From the NCBI RefSeq assembly GCF_006345805.1, contig NC_043007.1:32674001-32738000 (forward strand): DNA of 64,000 nucleotides, read 5' to 3'. Under the pieces are notes generated by a model. That model saw only the letters and a list, made by a program, of their open reading frames with translations, was not told where the DNA came from and searched no databases. This document shows, piece by piece, positions 1-12,344 of this stretch; position 1 is the first letter of the stretch, and each line of letters opens with the position of its first letter. The position numbers and the translations under genes were made by a program. The DNA comes from Octopus sinensis. Lineage: Eukaryota.

Positions 1-165
1 GCTGGTGTGTTTACGTCCCCCGTAACTTAGCGGTTCCGCAAAAGAGACCGATAGAATAAGTACTAAAGCTTACAAAGAATAAGTCCTGGGGTCAATTTGC
101 TTGACTAAAACGGAAGTGCTCCAGCATGGCCACAGCCAAATGACTGAAACCAGTAAAAGAGCAAG
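1..165 (+). mobile_element. SINE family A, 3' part (cut by window edge)
   Basis: Same gtaacttagcggttc...gatagaataagtact...ccagcatggcc...actgaaac..gtaaaagag block as the full copies at 11448 and 60057. Confidence 0.85.
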
Positions 166-661
166 AGCAATACATGTATACATCAACATGGATGTGCTGT
201 GAGAAAACCTGCTGTAAATTACAGAATTCATCTTGGGAAGGCAACGAGTAATAGACATATAGTGCTAGAATAAGCACAGAAGTATACAGAGGGAGAAGAG
301 AAGTGTCCAGTGGTGAGAGCGGAATTGCAAGATCCAAGGATCAAGCTGGACATTTGCCACCCGCTGCCAATACATCTTAGGTTTTTAGCATTATACGTCT
401 ATTTGAGATGCTTTCTCCAACAGGAATACTGCAGTATTGAGCCTTCCTTACATCATATCCACATTAAGTAAGATATACATTGCTATTCTGAATATATATA
501 TAAGTAAGATATACATTGCTAATTCCATTACCAATTACATATCACACACACATATATATATAATCACATATATATGTACACACATACATTCACATATATG
601 TATATACATACATTATGGTACACAAAAACACTGAGATTTCAGTATCCAATATATATATATA

Positions 662-1004
662 TTTTTTTTAGACCCCCTTCGGTCATGAGTGACCATGGGA
701 TTGCACCTAGAAAGTTACCCTCCTAGACACAAGTCCAAGCAAGGTTGTTTATGGAAGACCAGCAGTCGCCCATGCATACCGGCCTCCCCTCTCCACGCCA
801 CCAGTGTTATCCAAGGGAAAGACAAAGGTCGATACAGCTTGGCACCTGTGACGTCGCAACTCATTTCTACAGCTGAGTGAACTGGAGCAACGTGAAATAA
901 AGTGTCTTGCTCAAGAACACAACACGCAGCCCGGTTTGGGATTTGCACTCACAACCTCACGATCGTAAGCTCGACGCTCTAACCACTGAGCCATGCGCCT
1001 TCAC
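662..1004 (-). mobile_element. tRNA-headed SINE, family L (head and core shared with family B, different tail)
   Basis: Minus strand starts gtgaaggcgcatggctcagtggttagagcg (A box), has the core gtgttcttgagcaagacactttatttcacgttgctccag, and ends in an A-run. Confidence 0.85.
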
Positions 1005-1442
1005 ACACACACATATATATATATATATATTGGATACTGGTGCCCCAGCATGGCCGCAGCCTTCAGGCTGAAACATTTTTAAGGATATATATATATATAT
1101 ATATATATAACACACATATATATATCACATATATATGTACATACACACATTCACATATATGTACATACATACATGCCGATACACAAAAACACACAGAGAT
1201 TTTAGTATCCATTACAATTATAAGATAACTGGTAGTTGGCTGAGCTTAGCTGTACATGTGTGACACCGTTATCAAGTTTGGTGCACATGTAAACACAAGA
1301 GGCTGATAATACTGCGCTGGAATTGTGCGATATGCACAGCTTACTAAAGCGGTGGCAAGGAAGGTGGTAACACCAATGTTTTGTGTAATTGCCGTTGGTG
1401 CATTAAGATTATTTATATAACAGGGATGGAATTAGTGAAATA

Positions 1443-2660
1443 GTGATCTTATCGTTCACTTGTTTCAGTCATTGGACAGCGACCATGCTGGAGCATCGCA
1501 TTGCAGGGTTCCAGTCAAACAAACTGACTTCAGTATTCTCCTTTTTTCACTCTTTTACTTGTTTCAATCATTTGACTGCGGCCATGCTGGAGCACCGCCT
1601 AGTCAAACAAACTAACCCCAGGATATTCTTTGTAAGCCTAGTACTTATTCTATCGGTCTCTTTTGTCGAACCGCTAAGTTACGGGGACGTAAACATACCA
1701 GCATCAGTATTTATTTTATTTTATTTTTTCAAATCTAGTGTTTATTTCATCAGTTTCATAATGCCGACCCGCTAAGTTACGGGAACACAAACACACACCT
1801 GTATATTCTTTTACTTGTTTCTGGCATTTGACTGCGGTCATGCTGGGGCACCACCTTAAAGGTCTTCAGTCGAAGAAATTGACCCCCAGGACTTATTCTT
1901 TGTAAAGCCTAGGGCTTATTCCACCAGTCTCTTTTGCTGAACCAGTAAGTTACAGGGACATAAACACACCAGTATTGACTGTCAAGCAATGGTAGGGGTA
2001 CAAACACACACACACACCCACCCACACATAAATATACATAATTTCAGAGAGCAAGTGGCTTTATTCCTCACTAGCCAGGTTGAAAGTTAAAAATATATAT
2101 CCCTCTTAACCTGTTTGGGAAATTTACCTTTATATATATAAATATATACACACATACATACATATATATTCTTGTTGTTTGTATTTGTAATTGTGTACCA
2201 TGCTCTCCATTTTGTCTTTTTGTTGCCGTACAAATTCACTGGCTTTCTTACAAAAAATCTAATGCTCTTAGCTTAGACTTTTTTGGGGGCAACCAGATCG
2301 AACAATCTCAAGTCTAACTGCCCGAAACTGTAAGGACATCTGGTAATTTGACTGAAGAAAGAAAGCCACAAACGACCTGTCATTTTCTTCCCTGTCACTC
2401 TAATTGTTGTTTTTCCTGTCTACCTTTGTATCATCTATCTGTCCGAATGTTTTATTGTCCTCTATTGCATTTCTGTTCTATTTTTTTCTATTTATATATA
2501 CATATAGCGGCGTACGTACACACTTGTGCTCTACACACACATACACGATGGGCTTCTTTCAGTTTCCGTCTACCAAATCCACTCACAAGGCTTTTGTCAG
2601 CTCGAGGCTATAGTAGAAGACACCTGCTCAAGGTGCCACACAGTGGGACTAAACCTGGAC
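1443..2660 (-). mobile_element. Cluster of SINE family A fragments; last copy split by an insertion at about 2041-2544
   Basis: Repeated cttttacttgtttcagtcatttgactgcggccatgctgg tails; the 5' half resumes at 2545 (cgatgggcttctttcagtttccg). Confidence 0.8.
2190..2480 (+). repeat. Dispersed repeat family H
   Basis: aatctaatgct..cttag..tttttgggg..ccagat..ccgaaactg..gactgaagaaagaaagc also found at 33230-33480 (-), 47631-48003 and 48323-48701. Confidence 0.65.
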
Positions 2661-3297
2661 GCATACATACACACACGATAGTCTTCCACAGTTTCTATCT
2701 ACCAAACTCACTCACAAGGCATTGGACGACCAAAGGCTATTGTACAAGTCACTTGGGATCTTGCTAAATTTCTTCCAACCAAAAGAAAATGTAGTTCTGG
2801 CGTGAGCAAATGCTTGGAAGAATTTTAACAAGTTCGGTCACATGCTCAAGTTGTCGCACAGTAGAACTGAACCTAAATCCACAAAGACCAAGGTACTATA
2901 TTTTGCACGCACACCAAGAGCTGAGGAATTTTGTCATGTACAGATGATATACATATTAATTACTGTTGGTGATTAACACCTCAGCATGAGCCAAGAAGTT
3001 GAAACCGAATCAAGGGTAATGATATCCGTTGCACATATATCTTCACACACACGCACAGCTACGGGAGTAATCTGCTTAATTGGGTTGTCATAGATTCGGC
3101 TTTTCCTCCATTTATTTTTAATCCTTACTAATATTGTTTAAATTAACATGAAAAATATTTTTATCGTTGTGTTTTATGGTTTTGTTGTTGCTCTATTTTA
3201 CCTCCTACAACTTTTGCCAATCGTTTTTGAAATTTCAATAATTCTTTTTTAATCTCTTTTCAGACATGACAATGGAGTGCCAAGCAGGAAAAATATG

Positions 3298-3699
3298 GGA
3301 TCTTTTCGGTTTGAACGGCAGTTTTTTCTAGCGGTGTTATATGAAATTGTCACCCATAATTATGACCCTAGTATCGATCTATTGCATTTCAATCTGTTTA
3401 AGGGTTAGAGTTAGGGGAAGGGTATCTTTTTTTCTTTACAAATGTAAATAAACCCAATCTGTTTCTTAAACGAGGGTCATATTCATACGGCACAGAATGG
3501 TTTTTTTTTACCTCAATAGATGTCATTGATTGGTTGAAATTGCAGAAAACAACAAATATCTTACAAACCATAGAATTTTCTCAATAAAGCCAAGAGAAAA
3601 AGATGTTTTATAAACACATTCTACCAGTATACGAAGTTTAAAAGTGTTTAGTTACGTTGAAATTATTTTAAAAAACTGCCGGTCAAACCGAAAAGATCC
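3298..3699. mobile_element. MITE family F, 30-bp TIRs and 8-bp TSD
   Basis: Left ggatcttttcggtttgaacggcagtttttt, right aaaaaactgccggtcaaaccgaaaagatcc (1 mismatch); TSD aaaatatg at 3290-3297 and 3700-3707. Confidence 0.92.
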
Positions 3700-3879
3700 A
3701 AAATATGAACGAATTTATCTGACAACCCAATATGAAAACGAAGAAGCATCTGAATTCATAAAAATAAGTTAAATTACGTTTTAACTAAATGACGTTTTAA
3801 ATAAAACAGCCTCAGATAGTTTCATAAAACTTTTAAGAGGCATTAAACGGAAATCTATTTTCTACCGTCTTATATTCAT

Positions 3880-4022
3880 TATTTTTCTGCCGTTGTCGAC
3901 TTTGCCTTTCAGCCTTTCGGGGTCGATAAATAAAGTACCAGTTTCGCACTGGGGTCGATGTAATCGACTTATTCCCTTTGTTTGTCCCCACTGTGTTTAG
4001 CCCCTTGTGGGCAATAAAGAAA
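3880..4022 (+). mobile_element. SINE family C, 5'-truncated
   Basis: gtcgactttgcctttcagcctttcggggtcgataaataaagtaccag...gcaataaagaaata. Confidence 0.85.
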
Positions 4023-5224
4023 TATATATTTATTATTTTATCTATGTTTGCGTGGCTCGGGCACTGGGACAATTGTTTTTGAAGTTAGGTGTGTTTTCTA
4101 TTTGTTAACTCAACCCTCAAAAGCGAAGTAAGTGTAGAGCCTCAAACCCCGAGGCTAGAAAAAAAAAGTTACACACATCATGATTGAACCTGGGACCTCG
4201 TGGCTGTGAAGCGAACTTAACCATTTGGCCAAGCTGCGCCTACCTGTGCATCAGATATGTATCTACGCACGCCGCTCTATGATAGGCAGTTTTGCAACAA
4301 TCAGTTTCATCTTTCGTATAGGAACTATACACCTGACTATATACAACCATCATATAAAACAATTTACTATACATACTAATATCTATTCACTACCAGCAAC
4401 GAAGTAATAAACTCATTTGATTTTCCTACACAAATCCATGCAAAAACCCCTGTGCCCCATCGACACAAAAAAAATTTGGAAGAAGCTCGACAGATCTGGG
4501 AACACGAAGAAGAGTTTAACTAAAAAGGAATTATAATGAAATCAATGCACCTTCCTTTAAAGATTTGATTTCATCAGCCAAAATGAATATTAATAAATAT
4601 TCCTATTGCGATGTTGTAATATGAAAGCATTTTTAACGATTGCCTGCGATTAAGAAAGGCGCGAATATATGCCGCCCTTTTTTACAAACCCTTCCTTATA
4701 GTAAAATCCACATGGAGGAGAAAACATTGAAATAAATGATAATCAGACAAAAAAATATATCATGTTACAAAAATCGACTCGATAAAAAAATATAATGCAA
4801 TTAGATCGATTTTAGTCTTGGACTGCACCATCTAAAAAGAAAATATCCATTTTTCTGAAAGTTATGAGGAAATAAAGTCACGCTGGGTGTTGTACATTTG
4901 TGTAGTTATGCTTAATTCAAATGGTACTCATTTTATATCATCGATCCCTTATTGAACTGCTACTTTATAGAAGAACATAAACACAACAACGCCGGCTTTA
5001 ATTGAACAAATTTAAACGAAAAGAGTTTTAAAACTTATTTTCACTTAACCGAAACTTATTTTTATGTCCAAGAAGTAGTATTTAATTGATTTCTAAATAG
5101 TTCTGTTTTAACTAATATACCACTTTCATGTGACTCCACAATTTTCATAAACACGTGATGAATATGAGTAACGAACTGACCCCAGAATATTTGGGTGTCT
5201 ACCTAATTCATCTATTTATTTGTC

Positions 5225-5358
5225 TCTCTCTTTGTATATATATAATTTATATATATATAATTATATATGTATGTATATACATACTTGTATGTACGTATGT
5301 GTGTATGTATGTATATATGTATGCATATATATATGATCCACTGACGATCAATATGTAT

Positions 5359-5412
<54 letters not shown>

Positions 5413-5510
5413 CAGGCAGGCAGACAAATGTATATAAATGATTTTATATATAAATAATTATATACATATAATTATTTATATACATATATATTATCATTTA
5501 TATATATATA

Positions 5511-5543
<33 letters not shown>

Positions 5544-5780
5544 CAGGCAGGCAGACAATGTATATAAATGATTTTATATATAAATAATTATATACATATA
5601 ATTATTTATATACATATATATTATCATTTATATATATATATATATGTATATAAGTATATATATACATACATACGTACATATATATATATATATATACGTA
5701 CATACATATATACGTACATATATATATACGTACATACACACATACATATATACATATATAATTATATATACATATAATGA
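5225..5780. repeat. Compound (TA)n/(GA)n/(TACA)n tract with an internal tandem duplication of about 130 bp
   Basis: gagagacaggcaggcagacaa..atgattttatatataaataattat occurs at about 5410 and about 5541. Confidence 0.85.
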
Positions 5781-5799
5781 TTTGTGTCATCTGATGCGA

Positions 5800-6180
5800 C
5801 AGTCAGGTAGGGCCGGGGGTCATCCCCTTTTCCCGGGCCTTTGCACTGTATTGAAACGTAAAGAAAACACACGAAAATAATAAAATGCGAAACTTACATC
5901 GTTCGTGTCTGAAGAAAATGGCATCGCGCAGTAAGTAAGATGTTTTGTAAGGGAACAGAAGAAGGAAAGGAAAATACTGTAATTTATGAAACTTTCGGCT
6001 TTGTATGAGAATCAAGTTGATACAATGATTTCTTCATTTTAGAATGAGTGAGAAGGTGGGAGAAGAGAGGAAAGTAGCTGACAGTGCGTTCTGATTGGAT
6101 GATTCAGAGTCACGTGCCGCCGACACGCCTTCTTGTCTTTGCCTTTTCCCGCGTTTTCGTCGTCGCTTTAAACTGGACAA
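5800..6180. promoter_or_regulatory. CpG-dense non-repeat island with CCAAT box and E-box; possible promoter or first exon
   Basis: ctgATTGGat 6091-6100, GTCACGTG 6109-6116, many CpGs; GTAAGT donor-like sites on both strands (5897 minus, 5931 plus). Confidence 0.3.
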
Positions 6181-6239
6181 GTTTTGGCTGAAACTTTGCA
6201 AATAACACAATTTCTTTATTTCTTTCTTTAGTTTTTTTT

Positions 6240-6824
6240 TGTATCTTTTACTGGTTTCACTCATTGGACTGTGGCTATGCTGGGGTACTGCCTCGGAGAG
6301 TTTAGTCGGAAAGAATCGTTCCCCTCCCCCAGCACTTGTATTTCTTTTTTGTCGATCTGGTAATTATTCTATCGGTTACAATTGTCGAACCGCTAAGTTA
6401 CGCGGATGTAAATAAACTGAGACGAGTTAAACTGTGGAGGACAACCACAGACACGCACACACATACATACATACACACACACAATACATACATACATACA
6501 TACATGCATACATACATACATATACACACATACATACATATACACACACACATACATACATACATACACACATACATACATACATACATACATACATGCA
6601 TACATACAGACAGACATACATTGAATTAATTCAGTCCTTAGACTGCAGCCACGCTGGAGCACCATCTTGAAGAATTCCAGTCGAACGAATCGACTCCAGT
6701 ACTTTTTCCTTTCACATGAAGTTTCTTTTGCCGAACCACTAATTTACAGGGATGTAAACATACCAACACTGGCTGTCAAGCCAGTGATGGGGGACATAGA
6801 CACACTCATATATGTGCACGTATG

Positions 6825-6866
<42 letters not shown>

Positions 6867-7575
6867 GGTGTGTGTGTATGTGTATATACGTATATGTATA
6901 AACGTATGTGTATATGTGTGTATATATATGTATGTATATGTGTATATATATATGTGTGGGTGTGTACATATTTTTGTGTTTGAGTCTTTTTGTTCCCCCC
7001 TACCATCACTTGACAACCGATGTTGGTGTCCTTCTGTCCCTGTAACTTAGTGGTTCAGCAAAAGAGACCGATAGAATAAATACTATGCTTATACAGAATA
7101 AGTACTGGGGTCGATTGGGCCGACTAAAACCCCTTAAGGTGGTGCTCCAACATGGTCGCAGTCAAATGGCTGAAGCAAATGAAAGAATTTATATATTTAT
7201 ATTTATATGACGGGCTTCTTTCAGTTTCCATTACCAAATTTATGGTCAGCCTGAGGTATAGTAGAAGACACTTGTGATGGGATTGAACCTGAACCTCTGT
7301 CGTTGGGAAGCAAACTTCTTACCATGCAGTCACGTTTGCACCATTACTAATTTTTAAAAAATTAATTTTCCCTAAGTTCTCATTTGTTTTATGTTGTTTC
7401 ATTTTTGTTTCTTTTTTTTATTCAGGTTCTCTTTATGAAACATCGGAAGTTGAAACAACAAATCTGAATATTGCCCATGGTGTAGCTGTGTGGCAAAAAG
7501 TTTGCTTGTCAGCCACATGGTTCCGGGTTCAGTCCCACCACATGACACCTTGGGCAAGTGTCTTCTCCTATAGCT
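6240..7575. mobile_element. Cluster of degenerate SINE family A pieces on both strands with (CATA)n/(TG)n tracts
   Basis: Family A tails at 6240-6440 (-), 6625-6810 (-), 6960-7185 (+); 5' pieces at 7205-7345 (-) and 7475-7575 (+). Confidence 0.75.
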
Positions 7576-8049
7576 TCTCATATTCAAATCACATGACTGT
7601 AGTTCTGGAGTTGTGACCTCTCAATATGGAGAAAAAGCAACAGCATTATGAATTTTTATTTCGTTATCCTATGGATCTAAAGTGTCAACACATCCAGTAA
7701 ACAGAGAAATAATTGTAATCTTAATACACTTAAGTGATAATACAGATACATAGGTATTCTGTCGGTTGGGACAAGGAGGGTTCTAGTACTAGATTATTGC
7801 TCCTCTCTCTCTTTTCAGATTTTAAACACAAATTCATCTCCAAGTTGCATCAAGGATTTAAGCTAATCAAAGTTTTCTGTATCATGTATCTGAAACCCTG
7901 TCATGTTTTTATTTAGCATGCAGGACGTTCTTCCGACATATTTTCCCTGAGTCACATTGTAAATAAATTGTCATATTCATGATAAACAACGATTTTCAAA
8001 TCAATGACTTGTCTTTTATTCTTAATACGTACTGGCAGTTCAAAGGAAC

Positions 8050-8310
8050 AGGAACAGCCAGCTCATGAAATTAACGTGAAAGTGGCTGAGCATTCCACAG
8101 ACATGCATACCCTTAATGTAATTCTCAGAGAGATTCAGCGTGACACAGGATATGACAAGGCTGGCCCTTTGAATTACAGGTACAACTCAGTTTTGCCAGC
8201 CGAGTGGGTTGGAACAACGTGAAATAAAGTGTCTTGCTCAAGGACAGAATGCGCTGCCTGGAATTGAACTCACAACCTTACGATCATGGGCCGAATATCT
8301 TATCCACTTC
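8050..8310 (-). mobile_element. SINE family B, degenerate
   Basis: gaaattaacgtg..gtggctgagcattccacagaca..gtgaaataaagtgtcttgctcaagga..gaattgaactcacaaccttacgatcatg. Confidence 0.8.
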
Positions 8311-8624
8311 ACTTAATGTACATAATTGAGATGTTGGAGTAATAGACAAAATGTATTGATTTTTCTGTGTGACTTTCTACGGTTGGTAAATTACTGGCAC
8401 CAAATTTGGACTCATGTAGCTTGAAGTCATCATAATACTTACAATATGATGACTTGTAGATTTATTCTCTATACATTCAGGCAGATTTGAACATGAATAT
8501 GATAATCACTGTTATATTCGATGTAAAAGAGAAACTGTTCTCCTGTGAAGACCACAACAGCAAATAACATATTCATGTTTGAATGTCATCGATTTGAAAA
8601 TCCCTGTTTATTATGAATTGATGC

Positions 8625-8940
8625 CAGCGCCACCTTGACTAGCTTCTGTGTTGGTGGCACGTGACTTGCTGTGCTTGAAGAGACCTATTGAGTCAAGTAC
8701 ATCAACATCAAAATAAATATCAAATGGAAATTGTAGTTGTGATACCTGTGCCGGTGGCACGTAAAAAGCACCAACCGATTGTGGCTGCTGCCTGGTTGGC
8801 GTTAGGAAGGGCATCCAGCTGTAGAAACTCTGCCAGATCAGATTGGAGCCTGGTGTGGCCTCCTGGCTTCCCAGACCGCGGTCGAACCGTCCAACCCATG
8901 CTAGCATGGAAAACGGACATTAAATGATGATGATGATGAT
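8625..8940 (+). mobile_element. Retroposon family D 3' end with (ATG)n tail (RTE/RTEX-type tail)
   Basis: ggttggcgttaggaagggcatccagctgtagaaac...catgctagcatggaaaacggacattaaatgatgatgatgat; further copies at 16886-17170 and 22197-22340 on minus. Confidence 0.8.
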
Positions 8941-9002
8941 TTATTTACAATGTAACTTAGGGAAAATTCAGAGAACGAAAGAGAGAACAATGATTTTTAA
9001 TC

Positions 9003-9535
9003 TTTTACATGTTTCAGTCATTGGACTGCAGCCATGTTATGGCACAGCCTTATAGAGTTGTAGTTGAACAAATTCACCCTCATACCTTCTGCCTTTTTAG
9101 TCAGGTATGTATTGTTAGTCGATTTTGCTGCCAAACCGCTAAGTTATGCGGATGGGAACAAAGCAGCACTGATTGTCAAGCAATGGTGAGGAATAAACAC
9201 AGATACAAAAATACACACACACACACATGATGGGCTTCCACTCAGTTTCCATCAACCAAATTCATTCACAAGGTATTGGTCGGTCCATGGCTATAGCAGA
9301 AGACACTTGCTGAATGTGCCATGCAGTAGGATTGAACCTGAAACCATGCTGGAGCACCACCTTTAGTCGAACAAATCGACACCAGTACTTATTCATTGTA
9401 AGCCTAGCACTTATTCTATCAGTCTCTTTTGCCGAAACGCTAAGTTACGGGGAAGTAAACACACCAGCATCGATTGTCAGCGATGTTGGGGGGGACAAAC
9501 ACACACACACATACGCATATATGTATGTTTGTATG

Positions 9536-9577
<42 letters not shown>

Positions 9578-9775
9578 ATATATACATACATACATACAAA
9601 CATACATACATATATATATATACGACGAGCTTCTTTTCAGTTTCCTCGGCCAAATCCACTCACAAGGCTTTGGTCGGCCCGAGGCTATAGTAGAAGACAC
9701 TTGCCCAAGGTGCCATGCAGTGGGACTGAACCCGGAACCATGTGGTTGGTAAGTAAGCTGCTTACCACACAGCCA
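9003..9775 (-). mobile_element. Two consecutive SINE family A copies
   Basis: Tail at 9003, second copy 9345-9775 ending at the tRNA-like head ggctgtgtggtaag..ggttccgggttcagtccc. Confidence 0.85.
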
Positions 9776-9907
9776 CCAAATGTAAAATTTCTCTTTCTGC
9801 TCCCTCTCTGATGAGTCAATTAAATAAGTAATAGTAATAGACTAGGATATTAGTGTATTTCCGTTATACACTATTTATAAATGCTAAGAGTGTGACAACC
9901 GACATGT

Positions 9908-10137
9908 TTTTTGGTGCGGCAAAGAGGACGGTGGCTATATATTCCATCATTGAAGCTGCAGAAAAAGTTATAAGTTGGCTTTGGATAAAAAGTGGGCTGA
10001 TGCTGTTGGAATGCAAATTGGGACTTGCTGGGACAACTGGGCGAGGGAATCTGATGTTCAAAGACCCAAAGGTGCTGATATCTCAGAAATATCACTGATT
10101 ATACATCCCAGAGCATCTGCGAGATGTATATTGAAAC
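9908..10137 (+). pseudogene. Probable 3' end of a HERO-type (restriction-like endonuclease) non-LTR retrotransposon
   Basis: Translates FFGAAKRTVAIYSIIEAAEKVISWLWIKSG, like the EAAEKASxWLW C-terminus as I recall it; followed by ctgggcgaggg..tgatgtt.aaagaccc..atcactga and a (CCAA/CCGA)n tract. Confidence 0.55.
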
Positions 10138-10139
10138 CA

Positions 10140-10235
10140 ACCAACCAACCGACCGACCGACCGACCAGCAAACCAGCCACCCAGCCAGCCAGCTGGCCGA
10201 CCGACCGACCAACCAACCAACCAACTACATACACA
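10140..10235. repeat. Compound tetranucleotide microsatellite (CCAA)/(CCGA)/(CCAG)
   Basis: Direct reading. Confidence 0.9.
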
Positions 10236-10504
10236 CCCACACACAAAACAAAAGCAACACCATAAAAATGATAGTCGAGTTACCCCCCTTGAAACCTGGA
10301 AACCCAACAAAAGCGTAGAACCCTTGTTTTTTCCAAATCCGCAGTAACAATTCATTTACGTATTGAATTCAACCGAAATATGTCAAACTAATTTTTTTTA
10401 ATTATCTGTTTTGAATCACAATTTTTCAGACAGGAATCGGAGTTTTTCATTCTTTTATGTCGTATTTTAAAACGTTGGGGGAAATATAGCATAGCAATAT
10501 ATAC

Positions 10505-10563
<59 letters not shown>

Positions 10564-10765
10564 AAAAGAGAGAAACGGAGAGAGTAGTGAGAAAGAGACA
10601 GAGAGAGTAGCGAGAAAGAGAGAGAGAGTAACGAGGAAGACAGAGAGAAGAGAGAGAGAAAGTAGCGAGAAAGAGAGCATTGAAATAGATAGATAGATAG
10701 AAAGAGAGGGAGAAACGAAAAAGAGAAAGAGAAAGGAAGAGGGAGATAAGGAGAGAGAGAGAGAG
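10505..10765. repeat. (GT)n(GA)n and purine-rich low-complexity tract
   Basis: Direct reading. Confidence 0.9.
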
Positions 10766-11447
10766 CGTAAACCGATGATCAAAAGCGTTTCACCCATGGC
10801 CGTTCCATTATGTTTAGTATTTCCGATGTAGTGGCAGAGATGCATCGTCCCAATGTACTCTACCCAGCCATGACTAACACTGAGAAGTGCGATCGGTTCC
10901 ATCTCACATTAAATAAATGTACGGCTTTGAAGCTAGTACGAAAGACACGTACGTTCTATGTATTAGTTAGGTTGCATGAATTATTTGGTACTTTTTGGTT
11001 ATCTCACCCCCATTAAAAAATTGGTTATCTCCCACTCCCTAAACTAGGCCAGCATTTTATTTTATTGGCCCTAGAAGAATAAAAGATAAAGTTGACTTCA
11101 GCAAGATTTGAACACAGTACGTAAGAGCCCCAACTAAATACTGCAGACGTTTTGTCTGACGCTCTAACTTGGTTTCAGAGACCTTTTCTCTCCAACTAAA
11201 CCTTTATCTTCTTCATAAAATACCATATGAAGTGGCATATATAGGTACAAAGAAAATCCAGAACCTTTTGGCTATCTCACCCCATTAAAAAATTGGGCTA
11301 TCTCCCTGTTAAAAAGTTGAGTTAATGTGGCGACAAGAGATTGGATTAAAAGGGTTAGACCCTTTTGATTCAATACTTCAACACATTGTTGACTTTTGGC
11401 CACCTCAATAGGAATGGTATGATTTGTTATAAAAATGTTACCAGATA

Positions 11448-11834
11448 GGTGCAGGAGTGGTTGTGTGGTGAGTAGCTTGCTTACCAACCACATGGTTCCG
11501 GGTTCAGTCCCACTGCATGGCACCTTGGGCAAGTATCTTCTACTATAGCCTCGGGCTGACCAAAGCCTTGTGAGTGGATTTGGTAGCCGGAAACTGAAAG
11601 AAGCCCGTCATATACATGTATATATATATATATGTGTGTGTTTGTCCCCCCCCCCCAACATCGCTTGACAACTGATGCTGGTGTGTTTACGTCCCCGTCA
11701 CTTAGCGGTTCGGCAAAAGAGACCGATAGAATAAGTACTGGACTTACAAAGAATAAGTCTTGGGGTCAATTTGCTTGACTAAAGGCGGTGCTCCAGCATG
11801 GCCGCAGTCAAATGACTGAAACAAGTAAAAGAGC
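11448..11834 (+). mobile_element. SINE family A, full length
   Basis: Head ggtgcaggagtggttgtgtgg (A-box-like), ggttcagtccc (B-box-like), core ccttgggcaagt.tcttctactatagcc, central (TA)/(TG) tract, tail acaagtaaaagagc. Confidence 0.92.
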
Positions 11835-12344
11835 AATAAAGAAAAAAACAGGTTAACTCTGAACTGTGAGTTAGACATTTAGTATCATAATGTGCTCAGA
11901 CGGATGCTCAAGATGAAAACTCAGCAATGCTTTACATCTGAGAGTAAAAGAGTTCTTTATGAATGTAATACGAGGCGATGAGCTGGCAGAGTCTTTGGCA
12001 AGCCAGGTAAAATGCTTAGCGGCATTTCATCTGTCTTTACGTTCTTGAGTTGAAATGTTGAGCAAATTGACCCCAGGACTTATTCTTTGTATGCCTAGTA
12101 CTTATTCTATTGGTTTCTTTTGCTGAACTGCTAAGTTACAGGGACGTAAACACACCAGCATCAGTTGTCAAGGTTGACTTTGCCTTGCAGCTTTTTGGAG
12201 CCAATAAAATAAGTACCAGTTATGCACTGGGGTTGATGTAATCAATGTACACTCTCCCTCTTGGAATTGCTGGCTTTGTGCCAAAATTTGAAATTAATAT
12301 ATAATGCGTTACATCTGACAGTAAAAGAGCCCTTTATGAATGGA

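Noticed and set aside
2345-2385. Hammerhead-like CTGA(A/C)GA...GAA..GTC in family H (also 33300-33330, 47910-47945, 48600-48640)
   Set aside because: Stem II and stem I do not pair, and only GAA rather than GAAA is present in most copies; no valid type I, II or III fold.
7819-7916. Acceptor-like ctctctcttttcag followed by short open frame (similar cases at 10430 and 35692)
   Set aside because: No matching donor or recognisable protein; stops in most frames.
8424-8455. Perfect 11-bp hairpin aagtcatcata / tatgatgactt with a donor-like loop
   Set aside because: About one such stem is expected by chance in 64 kb of AT-rich DNA; no supporting exon.
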